From Bacteroidota bacterium (lineage in GTDB: Bacteria; Bacteroidota; Bacteroidia; UBA4408), in the NCBI GenBank assembly GCA_040385525.1, contig JAZKHE010000002.1:855200-919199 (forward strand): DNA of 64,000 bases. The letters run 5' to 3'. Both the position numbers and the translations under genes were made by a program. Under the pieces are notes generated by a model that did not search any database, was not told the DNA's origin, and was given only the letters and a program-made list of their open reading frames with translations. Positions 31,446 to 40,879 of this stretch are shown here, in pieces. Position 1 is the first letter of the stretch, and every line of letters starts with the position of its first letter.

Positions 31446-31611
31446 CAGCGGTTTGGCTTAATGGCGGATTCAGTGCTTCGTATGAAGTTTTGTAGATATG
31501 TCGCAAATTCAGTGCTGGCAAATAGTTTTTTTAAGCCTAAACGCAAATACACAAAACGTTAGTTTGTATAGCAATACCAAACTAGAAAGTATTACTAATT
31601 TAAAATAATAA

Positions 31612-32052
31612 ATGAATACAAATTCTGATTGCGAAATTTATAGTTCTAGAGAACTAAATGCAACTGTAGAGATAGTTTATAAAGCATTTGCCAATCCTTT
31701 GCATTTAAAAAATTGGTGGGGACCAGAAGGATTTACAAATACAATACACGAATTTGATTTGCGACCTGAAGGAAAGTGGATTTTAACAATGCACGGACCC
31801 GAAAAAGGCAACTATGAAAATTCTTCTGTTTTTAAAATTGTTAAACAAAATGAACTTATAAGTTGGAAAAGGATTTCACAACCGTTATTTGATATGGAAA
31901 TTGCGTTTGAAAAAATTGCTGATTCTAAAACTCAAATTTCGTTTCGAATGATTTTTGAAACTGTTGAAGCATGCAACAAAATAAGACCTTTTGCAGAACC
32001 AAAAAATGAAGAAAACTTTGATAGGCTGGAAAAAGAAATTTTGAATATGTAA
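31612..32052 (+). CDS. SRPBCC (Aha1/polyketide-cyclase-like) family protein
   Basis: 146 aa. Aha1-like N-terminal signature ATVEIVYKAFANPLHLKNWWGPEGF. Confidence 0.6.
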   Translation: MNTNSDCEIYSSRELNATVEIVYKAFANPLHLKNWWGPEGFTNTIHEFDLRPEGKWILTMHGPEKGNYENSSVFKIVKQNELISWKRISQPLFDMEIAFEKIADSKTQISFRMIFETVEACNKIRPFAEPKNEENFDRLEKEILNM

Positions 32053-32181
32053 TTTAAAATGTGAGCTACCACAACGTATAAATCTGATGGGGTTTTTTAG
32101 GTTTCAACTACTTTTCTTCCGAAAAATTTCTATTCAAAAAAAATGAAATATATATTTGTATACTAAATAAAATAAAACAGC

Positions 32182-32712
32182 ATGAATATTTTAATCACAA
32201 TTCTATCAGTAGTTGCAGGCATTATTGCCTTGCTTTTAATCATTGCAATTTTCTCAAAAAAGGGATACAGTACCCACTGTGAAATTATCATCAATGCACC
32301 CCTTCAAAAAGTTTTTGACTATCTAAAACAAATCAAAAATCAAGATAATTTTAATGTATGGGTAATGATGGACCCCAACATGAAAAGAGAATTTAAAGGA
32401 ACTGACGGAACTGTTGGATTTGTTTATGGATGGAATGGAAATAAAAAAGCAGGCGAAGGCGAACAGGAAATTAAAGCAATTAGCGAAGGAAAAAATATTG
32501 AAATGGAAATTCGTTTCGTAAGACCTATGCCAGGAATTGCGCAAGCAAAAATAACAACGGAATCTTTATCTGACAATGAAACAAAAGTTACCTGGACTTC
32601 TGCTGCCCCAATGAAATATCCACTGAACATTATGTTGCCAATGATAGTGAAACTGCTGGAGAAAGATATGAATACAAGTTTAACTACTTTGAAAAATATT
32701 CTTGAAAAATAA
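32182..32712 (+). CDS. SRPBCC family protein with N-terminal TM anchor
   Basis: 176 aa. N-terminal TM helix followed by the polyketide cyclase/dehydrase-like fold pattern. Confidence 0.5.
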   Translation: MNILITILSVVAGIIALLLIIAIFSKKGYSTHCEIIINAPLQKVFDYLKQIKNQDNFNVWVMMDPNMKREFKGTDGTVGFVYGWNGNKKAGEGEQEIKAISEGKNIEMEIRFVRPMPGIAQAKITTESLSDNETKVTWTSAAPMKYPLNIMLPMIVKLLEKDMNTSLTTLKNILEK

Positions 32713-32781
32713 TTATTACCAGAGCTACATTTTGTAAATCTGAAAAACGTTAGCTGTAATTTTATTTCGATACATTGAACA

Positions 32782-33228
32782 ATGCTAAAACAAATTGAAA
32801 ATTCATTACTAATTAACGCTCGTCCATCATTAGTTTGGGAACATTTGACAAATCTTGAATTAATGAAAAAATGGATGGGTGAACCTGAAATGAAAATAGA
32901 AGTGCATACCAACTGGAAAATTAATTCCCCAATTCTAATTAATGTTTTTCATCACATTCAAATTGTAACAAATGGTTTTATTTTACAATATGAAAAAGAA
33001 AGAAAATTAAAATACAGTCATTTAAGTTCTATTTCAGAACTTGCCGACATACCTGAAAATTATACAATTATTGAATTTAGTTTAAAACCTACCGAAAATA
33101 AAACGCATTTAACAATTAATATTGAAAACTTTCCAACTGAAACGATATACAAACATTTAGAATTATACTGGAGAACAACTATTTTTACAATTAAAACGGA
33201 AGTAGAAAAACAAGTAAAAATTATTTGA
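32782..33228 (+). CDS. SRPBCC (Aha1-like) family protein
   Basis: 148 aa. ARPSLVWEHLTNLELMKKWMGE signature. Confidence 0.55.
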   Translation: MLKQIENSLLINARPSLVWEHLTNLELMKKWMGEPEMKIEVHTNWKINSPILINVFHHIQIVTNGFILQYEKERKLKYSHLSSISELADIPENYTIIEFSLKPTENKTHLTINIENFPTETIYKHLELYWRTTIFTIKTEVEKQVKII

Positions 33229-33274
33229 TAAAATACTACTTACAATTTTTAAAACAATTTAAAATAATAAAACT

Positions 33275-33649
33275 ATGAGAAATAAAATTATTTATTGGGT
33301 TGCTACAGCGCTCTTATCATTTGGTATGTTGGCAAGTGGTGTTTCGCAACTACTACAATTAAAAGACATGAAAGAATTAGTTACTCATGTTGGCTATCCG
33401 TTATACTTTTTGTACATTATTGGTGTTTGGAAAATTTTAGGAGTAATTGCTATTTTAATTCCAAAATACCCATTAGTAAAAGAGTGGGCTTATGCTGGTT
33501 TCTTTTTTCTTTTAACTGGCGCTTTAGTTTCGCACCTATTTATGGGCGATGTTGGTAATGCAATTTTTGGCCCTTTATTTCAAACTCTTTTTGTTTTAGT
33601 TTCATGGTATTTTAGACCAGCTAACAGAAAATTAGCATCGATAAATTAA
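33275..33649 (+). CDS. DoxX-family small membrane protein
   Basis: 124 aa with 3-4 TM segments. DoxX-like hydrophobic pattern. Confidence 0.55.
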   Translation: MRNKIIYWVATALLSFGMLASGVSQLLQLKDMKELVTHVGYPLYFLYIIGVWKILGVIAILIPKYPLVKEWAYAGFFFLLTGALVSHLFMGDVGNAIFGPLFQTLFVLVSWYFRPANRKLASIN

Positions 33650-33653
33650 AAGA

Positions 33654-34235
33654 ATGAATTCAAAAGTAAATTGGTTTTTTACCAAACAAAGCAAATGGCA
33701 AGAAGCCTATTCTGAATTGAGAGAAATTGCGCTCGAATGTGAAGAGCTTACCGAAGAATTAAAATGGGGTTGTCCGTGTTATACTAACGAAAAAAACAAT
33801 GTAGTGTTAATACATGGTTTTAAAGATTATTGTGCATTGTTATTTATGCAAGGAGCTCTGCTTAAAGACACAAAAAAGATATTAATTCAGCAAACAGAAA
33901 ATGTGCAATCGGCTAGACAAATTCGTTTTACAAGCCATGATGAAGTGATAAAAAATAAGGCAACAATAAAATCGTATATAAAAGAAGCAATTAAGATTAG
34001 CAAATTGGGATTGAAAGTAGAAATGAAAAAAACTACTGAATATAAAGTGCCCGAAGAATTTCAATCTGTTTTAGATGAAATGCCAGAATTGAAAACCGCT
34101 TTTAAAGCTTTAACACCAGGGCGACAAAGAGGATATTTATTGTATTTTTCTGCAGCCAAGCAACCAAAAACAAGAGAAAGTAGAATAGAAAAACATATTC
34201 AAAAAATACTTGAGGGGAAAGGAATTGACGATTAA
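33654..34235 (+). CDS. DUF1801/YdeI-OmpD-associated family protein
   Basis: 193 aa. N-terminal DUF1801-like region (KWGCPCYTNEKNNVVLIHGFKDYCALLFMQGALL). C-terminal YdeI-like region (LTPGRQRGYLLYFSAAKQPKTRESRIEKHI). Confidence 0.55.
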   Translation: MNSKVNWFFTKQSKWQEAYSELREIALECEELTEELKWGCPCYTNEKNNVVLIHGFKDYCALLFMQGALLKDTKKILIQQTENVQSARQIRFTSHDEVIKNKATIKSYIKEAIKISKLGLKVEMKKTTEYKVPEEFQSVLDEMPELKTAFKALTPGRQRGYLLYFSAAKQPKTRESRIEKHIQKILEGKGIDD

Positions 34236-34358
34236 GCTTACAAATACAATGCCCTCAATAATTGAGTGTTTTAAAATTTTAAACTAAATTTAAACATCGG
34301 CATTTCGAATTTCTGCTTATTGAAAAGCCTAAAACATATTGCTCTTTAATTATATAAA

Positions 34359-34835
34359 ATGAAAAAATCAATTCTATTATCTTCAGCATTAGCAACTACC
34401 TTTTGTTTGGGTTTTGCTTTTAATTCTATAACTTCAACTAACAATTCCAACCAAATGAAAAAAGTAACAGGTATTGGTGGCGTTTTTTTTAAATGCAAAG
34501 ATCCAAAAAAAGTAACCGAATGGTATCAAAAACACCTTGGTTTAAATACTAATCCCTATGGTGCTACGTTTGAGTGGTTTGAAGGTGCGGATAGCACTAA
34601 AAAAGCACAAACTCAATGGACTCCATTTGCAGAAAATACCAAATATTTTGAGCCATCTACCAAAGACTTTATGATAAACTATAGAGTAGAAAATTTAGTT
34701 GAATTGGTGGAGCAACTTAAAAAAGATGGCGTTACTATTCTCGATAAAATTGAAACGTACGACTATGGTAAATTTGTGCATATACTAGATGCAGAAGGCA
34801 ACAAAGTTGAGTTGTGGGAGCCAATTGGTGAATAG
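34359..34835 (+). CDS. VOC (glyoxalase/bleomycin-resistance fold) lipoprotein
   Basis: 158 aa. Lipoprotein-type signal ending in LGFAFNS. VOC signatures (GIGGVFFKCKDPKKVTEWYQKHLGL; VELWEP). Confidence 0.6.
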   Translation: MKKSILLSSALATTFCLGFAFNSITSTNNSNQMKKVTGIGGVFFKCKDPKKVTEWYQKHLGLNTNPYGATFEWFEGADSTKKAQTQWTPFAENTKYFEPSTKDFMINYRVENLVELVEQLKKDGVTILDKIETYDYGKFVHILDAEGNKVELWEPIGE

Positions 34836-34879
34836 TTTTATAATGAATAATATTTTAATTAACGCATAGTTGTTATGCG

Positions 34880-37363
34880 TTAGTTTTTCCTTTTCACACC
34901 TCTAACTGCTTCTGCGGTAAATGGATTTTCGGGCCACGAGTGTTTTGGGTAGCGACCGCGTAAATCTTTACGGACTTCAATATAGGTGTTTTTCCAAAAG
35001 CTGTTTAAATCTTGTGTTACTTGCACTGGTTTGTATCCTGGCGATAGCAAGTGTATAAGCAAAGCCGTTTTGTTGTTGTTTATTTTTGGTGTTTGTAGCC
35101 AACCAAAAATTTCTTGCAAACGCACATGTAATTCAGGAGTTTTACCGTCAGAAAAATAATGTATTTTAATTTCGGAACTACTGGGTACTGTAATTTTTGT
35201 TGGAGCTAACTCTCCGAGTGTTTGCTGTTGCTCCCAACTTAATAAAGTGTTTAACAAATCAATGTAATTTACATTTTTTACATCGCTTAGTTTGTTATAG
35301 TTTTCAATGTAAGGAAGTAACCACTCATCAAGTGTTTCAATAAGTTTAGCATCGCTAACATCAGGCCAAATTTGCTCAGTGTTCCATTTAGCAAGGCTAA
35401 TAACGCGTGCTTGCCATTGCAAAACAGATTCTGAAAAATCTAAAAATGCTATTCCTTTTTCTGTGATAATTTCTTTCCAAATAGTTTTAATTTGTTCTTT
35501 ATTAGGAAGTGTATTGCTTTTACTTTCTAATACAATTGCACCAATTGCTTTTTCGGTTTTGCATCGTATGCTTTCTGTTTCAGAATTATAACTTACTATA
35601 TTTCGTTCTGTTGCTAAAGGCAAAACATCCGTTTTTAAAAGTGGTGCAGCACTATATATTTTTCCTTCACTTGTTCCGCCATCTAATTGAGCTACCGCAA
35701 TGTATTCTTGGTGCACTAACTCGTCGCTACTATTTAGTTTTGCTAAACGTCCGTTACTTAATTTGTATTGTCCGTTTTTTTCTGAAACTAATTTTGCAAT
35801 ACGTTCAGGATAAGCCAAGGCAATTAATTTTCCTGCTTCGTTATCATCAACAAGCGTATTGTCAATGTTTGTTTTTACTGTGCTTCGCCATTGTTTTGCC
35901 AAGCGCTCAACACGTTCTAAAACCCGTTTATCGGCGTTTACGTGCTCTTTGTTTCTCCATTTCCGTAAAGCATCAATACGTAGTGCAATATTTGCGCCTG
36001 TGTTTTTATCTAAAAAATCTTTTTCTTCTAAAACAGCAATTACATCTGTTGCTAAACTTAAAAGTTGAGGATTGTTTTTATTGCTTTCAAACAAATTAGC
36101 GAAGCGCGGATGCGTTGGATATTTTAATAAGGCTTTGCCAAGTGGAGTTATTTTATTGTTTTCGATTGCTTGTAAGCTTTCTAAAATTGTTTTGGCTTGC
36201 GCTACGTTTCCTAATGGTGGCGGTGTAATCCAGTTGAGTTCGAATATATCGTTTATGCCCCAATTATAAATTTCTAGTAATGTGTTACTTAAATCTGATT
36301 CTAAAATTTCGGGCGTATTCTGATTTTTTAATAAATGATTAGCAGTTTCGGGCCACATTCTATAACAGTAACCTTCGCTTAAACGTGCAGCTCTTCCAGC
36401 ACGCTGATCGGCAGCATCTTTGGTAACACTTTCGGTAATTAATTTATTAAATCCCGATTTAAAATCGAATTTTGATTTTCGCGCTAAACCGCTGTCAATA
36501 ACTACAGTAACACCTTCGATGGTTAACGAAGTTTCGGCAATGGAAGTAGCTAATACAATTTTTCGCAAACCATTTTTGTTGGGTAAAATGGCTTCTTGTT
36601 GTAATTGAAAAGATAAATCGCCATACAAATTATGTATAACTGTTTGTGGAATGGTGTTAATTAATTCGTTTACTTTTTGAATTTCAAAAGCACCAGGAAG
36701 AAAAACCAAAATGTCTCCACTATGTTTTTGTAATGCTTGCTTAATTGTGTTTACAATTTGTTCTGTATTCAATTCGCCAAGTTTGGTGGTATTGTTATAA
36801 TTGAAGTTCAAAGGATATTGTTTTCCTTTTGAAGTTACAATAGGCGCATTTTGTAATAGTTTTGAAATTTCTTGCGTTTGTATGGTTGCCGACATAATTA
36901 AAATTTTTAAGTCCGGGCGAAGAATTTTTTGTGCTTCACAACACAATACAAAACTTAAATCGCTGTTTAAACTTCTTTCATGAAACTCATCAAAAATAAT
37001 TAGTCCGTAGTTTTCGAGCGCATTATCTTCTTGCAACATGCGTGTAAGAATACCTTCGGTAACTACTTCTATTTTTGTATTTTTACTAATGCAGGTATCA
37101 AATCGAACACGATAACCAACAGTGTTACCAACTTCTTGGTTAAGCACTTGCGCCATACGCATAGCTACAGAGCGTGCTGCCAAACGACGAGGCTCCAGCA
37201 TAATTATTTTTTTGCCTTGCAGCCAAGTTTCGTTAATGAGTTCTAACGGCAAAGCAGTTGATTTACCTGCGCCTGGAGGTGCCTGCAAAATTACCTGCGA
37301 AGCATTGTTGAGTTTATTTTTTAACTCATCAATTACTTCGTAAATGGGTAAATTATGTTGCAT
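34880..37363 (-). CDS. hrpB: ATP-dependent RNA helicase HrpB (DEAH-box)
   Basis: 827 aa. Walker A GAGKST. DEFHER. C-terminal HrpB_C region. Confidence 0.9.
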   Translation of the reverse strand: MQHNLPIYEVIDELKNKLNNASQVILQAPPGAGKSTALPLELINETWLQGKKIIMLEPRRLAARSVAMRMAQVLNQEVGNTVGYRVRFDTCISKNTKIEVVTEGILTRMLQEDNALENYGLIIFDEFHERSLNSDLSFVLCCEAQKILRPDLKILIMSATIQTQEISKLLQNAPIVTSKGKQYPLNFNYNNTTKLGELNTEQIVNTIKQALQKHSGDILVFLPGAFEIQKVNELINTIPQTVIHNLYGDLSFQLQQEAILPNKNGLRKIVLATSIAETSLTIEGVTVVIDSGLARKSKFDFKSGFNKLITESVTKDAADQRAGRAARLSEGYCYRMWPETANHLLKNQNTPEILESDLSNTLLEIYNWGINDIFELNWITPPPLGNVAQAKTILESLQAIENNKITPLGKALLKYPTHPRFANLFESNKNNPQLLSLATDVIAVLEEKDFLDKNTGANIALRIDALRKWRNKEHVNADKRVLERVERLAKQWRSTVKTNIDNTLVDDNEAGKLIALAYPERIAKLVSEKNGQYKLSNGRLAKLNSSDELVHQEYIAVAQLDGGTSEGKIYSAAPLLKTDVLPLATERNIVSYNSETESIRCKTEKAIGAIVLESKSNTLPNKEQIKTIWKEIITEKGIAFLDFSESVLQWQARVISLAKWNTEQIWPDVSDAKLIETLDEWLLPYIENYNKLSDVKNVNYIDLLNTLLSWEQQQTLGELAPTKITVPSSSEIKIHYFSDGKTPELHVRLQEIFGWLQTPKINNNKTALLIHLLSPGYKPVQVTQDLNSFWKNTYIEVRKDLRGRYPKHSWPENPFTAEAVRGVKRKN

Positions 37364-37375
37364 TTAAAATGTAAA

Positions 37376-39814
37376 CTATCGAATGGTAGCTCCTAATTTT
37401 TCCTGATAGGTTTTAATTAGTTTCTCCATTATTTTTTCGATTTGTTTATCGTTAAGCGTATTGTTTTCATCTTGCAATGTAAAACTTACTGCATACGATT
37501 TTTTGCCTTGCTCTAACTTATCACCTTCGTAAATATCAAATAAGTTAACGTTTTTCAATAAGTTTCTTTCTGCTTGATACGCTAATTCTTCTATTTGCTG
37601 ATACTTTACATCTTTGTTAATTAGCAATGCTAAATCTCTTCTTACTTCTGGAAATTTAGCTAATTCTTTAAACTGTGATGCTTTAGTTGGAACAACAGCC
37701 ATTAAATTATCCCATTCAATTTCTGCATAATAAACAGGTTGAAAAATATCTTGTTTTTTAAGTGTTGATTTTTTTACCTCAGTAATTTTTGCAATCACTT
37801 TTTTACCAGCACTTAGTTGTAAGCCTTCGTTTAGCAATTCAGATTCATCGCACGCAGAAATTTTTAAATTATCTAAACCCAATCTAGCAAGCGTTTTTAC
37901 AACATACGATTTTAATTCAGAATAAGAAGTTGCTGCGCTTTTAGAAGCATAACTTTCTGCTGATTTATTTCCTGTAATAAATAAACCCAACATGTATTTT
38001 TCTACAAAAGTGTCGTTTACTTTTTTGTACACTTTTCCAAATTCAAATAGTTTTAAGTCGCTACGTTTTCTGTTTGTGTTGTAAATAATGGTTTGTAAGC
38101 CACCAAACAATAATGTTTGACGCATTACATCTAACTCCGAACTTAAAGGATTTAAAATCTTTACATTTTCATTAGGATTATATTCTGTTAAGCTATTGGT
38201 GTAGTTAGAACTGGTTAATGACAAATTCATTATTTCGTAAAAACCATTTGCTACCAATAAATCAGAAACTGTATTTTGTATCACTTCTCTGTTTGGTTTG
38301 CTAGAGAAGGAAAGTGAAGCGTTTAGTTTTTCGGGTAAGTCGATATTGTTGTAGCCAACAATGCGTAATATTTCTTCTACCACATCTATTTCGCGTTGCA
38401 CGTCAACTTTATAAGCAGGAACTTTTAATTGTAGTTTAGTGTTGTCTTCACTAACAATTTTAATTCCTAAGTTTTGTAAAATAGTTTTTATTATAGTCGG
38501 TTCAATTTGCTTACCAATAATTTTTGTGCAGTAATCAAAATTTAGAGTTACGTCAAATTCTTTTGCTGGAATAGGGTAGAAGTCGCTTGGTGCTTCTTCA
38601 ATTTTTGCTCCGCAAATTTCAACTAAAAGCAATGCAGCTCTTTTTAAAGAATACATGGTCATTTCAGGGTCTGTACCTCTTTCGAAACGGAATGAAGCAT
38701 CAGTTTTCAACGTATGTTGTTTTGATGTTTTTCTAACGCTTACCGAATTGAAGTAAGCACTTTCTAAAAATATTTTTTTAGTGTTATCGTTTACACCAGA
38801 ATTATTTCCGCCAAAAACACCAGCTATACAAAGTGGTTTTTTGCTATCGCAAATCACTAAATCTGTTTCAACCAATGTACGTTCAACACCATCTAGGGTT
38901 GTTATTTTTTCGTTTGCGTTAGCTGTTCTTACTACAATTTTTTTATCTTCAATTGCGTTGAAATCAAATGCGTGCAAAGGTTGTCCTGTTTCGTGCAAAA
39001 CGTAATTGGTAATATCAACCACATTATTAATTGGGCGCAAACCAATGGCTAATAATTTATTTTTTAACCAATCTGGTGATGGAGCAACAGTAATATTATC
39101 GATAACCAAACCAGAATATCTTGGGCAACGTTCTGTATCTTTTACTTCAACTATTATAGAAGATTGTACTTTGTTATTTTGAAATGAATCAACTAAAGGT
39201 AATGTTGCTTTTACTGTTTCGTTAGTATGTAAAGCTAATACAGCTGCTAAATCACGCGCCACACCAAAGTGAGAAGTTGCATCGGCTCTGTTTGGAGTTA
39301 AGCCTATTTCTAAAACGTAATCATTTTCTAAATTAAAATATTCAGCTGCAGGTGTACCAACTTTTGCGTCAGTATTTAAAACCATAATTCCTGCATGCGA
39401 TGCTCCCAAACCAATTTCGTCTTCAGCACATAACATTCCTTCGGAAACAGCTCCACGTATTTTTGATTTTTTAATTTCGAATGGTTCGCCATCACTAGGA
39501 TATAATTTTGCACCAACAGTTGCTACTACAACTTTTTGTCCTGCTTCTACGTTCGGTGCACCACACACAATGCTTAGCAATTCAGGTGCGCCAACATTTA
39601 CGGTAGTTAAACTCAATTTATCTGCGTCTGGATGTTTTTCTTTGGTAATAACTTCACCAATTACCATTCCTTTTAATCCGCCTTTTACAGTTTCAAAGGC
39701 TTCAACAGATTCTACTTCTAATCCGCTATCGGTAAGTAGTTTCGCAATTTCGTCGGGCGTTGCTTTTGTATTTATGTATTGTTTTAACCAGCTGTAAGAA
39801 ATTTTCATTTGCAA
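37376..39814 (-). CDS. pheT: Phenylalanine--tRNA ligase beta subunit
   Basis: 812 aa. N-terminal tRNA-binding OB domain. B3/4, B5 and FDX-ACB domains. Confidence 0.95.
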   Translation of the reverse strand: MQMKISYSWLKQYINTKATPDEIAKLLTDSGLEVESVEAFETVKGGLKGMVIGEVITKEKHPDADKLSLTTVNVGAPELLSIVCGAPNVEAGQKVVVATVGAKLYPSDGEPFEIKKSKIRGAVSEGMLCAEDEIGLGASHAGIMVLNTDAKVGTPAAEYFNLENDYVLEIGLTPNRADATSHFGVARDLAAVLALHTNETVKATLPLVDSFQNNKVQSSIIVEVKDTERCPRYSGLVIDNITVAPSPDWLKNKLLAIGLRPINNVVDITNYVLHETGQPLHAFDFNAIEDKKIVVRTANANEKITTLDGVERTLVETDLVICDSKKPLCIAGVFGGNNSGVNDNTKKIFLESAYFNSVSVRKTSKQHTLKTDASFRFERGTDPEMTMYSLKRAALLLVEICGAKIEEAPSDFYPIPAKEFDVTLNFDYCTKIIGKQIEPTIIKTILQNLGIKIVSEDNTKLQLKVPAYKVDVQREIDVVEEILRIVGYNNIDLPEKLNASLSFSSKPNREVIQNTVSDLLVANGFYEIMNLSLTSSNYTNSLTEYNPNENVKILNPLSSELDVMRQTLLFGGLQTIIYNTNRKRSDLKLFEFGKVYKKVNDTFVEKYMLGLFITGNKSAESYASKSAATSYSELKSYVVKTLARLGLDNLKISACDESELLNEGLQLSAGKKVIAKITEVKKSTLKKQDIFQPVYYAEIEWDNLMAVVPTKASQFKELAKFPEVRRDLALLINKDVKYQQIEELAYQAERNLLKNVNLFDIYEGDKLEQGKKSYAVSFTLQDENNTLNDKQIEKIMEKLIKTYQEKLGATIR

Positions 39815-39948
39815 TTATTTTGTTCTTTATGGCTTGTTTTAAGAGCTAAAGAGGTTTGTTAGTTTTACACAAATGTAAGAAATTGTGTAGAAAATTTGTC
39901 AAAAAAAAAGCGGCAATTAGCCGCTTTTTTATGATTTGCTTTTTGGGC

Positions 39949-40818
39949 TTAATCGTTAATAATAACAAGGTATTTAGAGTTTCTCCAAAATTTTTCTGAA
40001 TTAGTAATTACTAAATCATCAAATATTCCGTTTGCACCTTTATCTAATTTGTAAGAATCGGTAGAATGACTAGAAACTACTTTTGCTTTTTTAGAACCTA
40101 CAGGTATTTTAGTAGTTTTTGTTAAATCGATAACCGTAAAATGATCTGCATTAAAATCTTGTTTTACTTCTTTTGATTTACCGATACCCATAAAACCACC
40201 GTCTTTGCTAACAATTCCTTTTTCTTTTAATTCTTTGTATTTACCAACCACATAATAAACAGTGTTCATTTTGTTAGTTTGATCAGCAATTACTTTTTCT
40301 TTTTTCGTATTCTCGTTATTTAACTCAACAGTGTATGAGTTTAACTGCTCAATTTCAGAATTTTTCATTGTAAGCAATGCATTCAACTCTTGTAATTCTT
40401 TGTCTTTTTGAGCTAACTGCGCATTTAATTGTTCGATTAACTTCTCAAAATCGGCAATTTTTACACCAGCTTTTTTAAGTTTAGATTGTAACGAATAAAT
40501 TTTGCCTTTATTTACTTCCATTAATTCATTAATAGCTTGAATATCTTGATTGATAAGGTCTTTAACATCACCATTTTTAATCTCGCCACTTTTTGCAGAT
40601 GCAGAGATATTCATTTCTTTTTCTTTAATGGCAGTTAAATTACCTTCTACTTCAGCAAATGCTGAAATAAATTCGTTTAATGTTTCTTCTTTAGCTTCTA
40701 CAAGAGCGCTTAAAGAATCTTTATCACCTTTTAGAGCGTTAATTTGATTTTCTTGCTCTTCGTTTTTACACGAAAACAAAGCTATTGAAGCTATTAGGAC
40801 TAAAAATATTTTTTTCAT
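39949..40818 (-). CDS. Hypothetical coiled-coil lipoprotein
   Basis: 289 aa. Lipoprotein signal (LFSC). Long heptad-like coiled coil. No recognisable domain. Confidence 0.45.
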   Translation of the reverse strand: MKKIFLVLIASIALFSCKNEEQENQINALKGDKDSLSALVEAKEETLNEFISAFAEVEGNLTAIKEKEMNISASAKSGEIKNGDVKDLINQDIQAINELMEVNKGKIYSLQSKLKKAGVKIADFEKLIEQLNAQLAQKDKELQELNALLTMKNSEIEQLNSYTVELNNENTKKEKVIADQTNKMNTVYYVVGKYKELKEKGIVSKDGGFMGIGKSKEVKQDFNADHFTVIDLTKTTKIPVGSKKAKVVSSHSTDSYKLDKGANGIFDDLVITNSEKFWRNSKYLVIIND

Positions 40819-40879
40819 TTTGTTTAAATTTTACGTGAATTTACTTAATTTTTTTGATTAGTTCAGCATTAATTAAAAC

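Noticed and set aside
34855-34880. AACGCATA-GTTGT-TATGCGTT palindrome, with a similar TTATGCGTTAG word at 54241
   Set aside because: The first is a plausible bidirectional terminator between the VOC gene and hrpB. The similarity to 54241 is only ~11 nt and probably coincidental.
35379-37343. Multiple plus-strand ORFs (e.g. 35509..36099, 36072..36269, 37122..37343) antisense to hrpB
   Set aside because: Entirely contained within the well-supported 827-aa HrpB gene on the opposite strand. Low-complexity and Cys/Leu-rich, which is typical antisense noise in AT-rich DNA.
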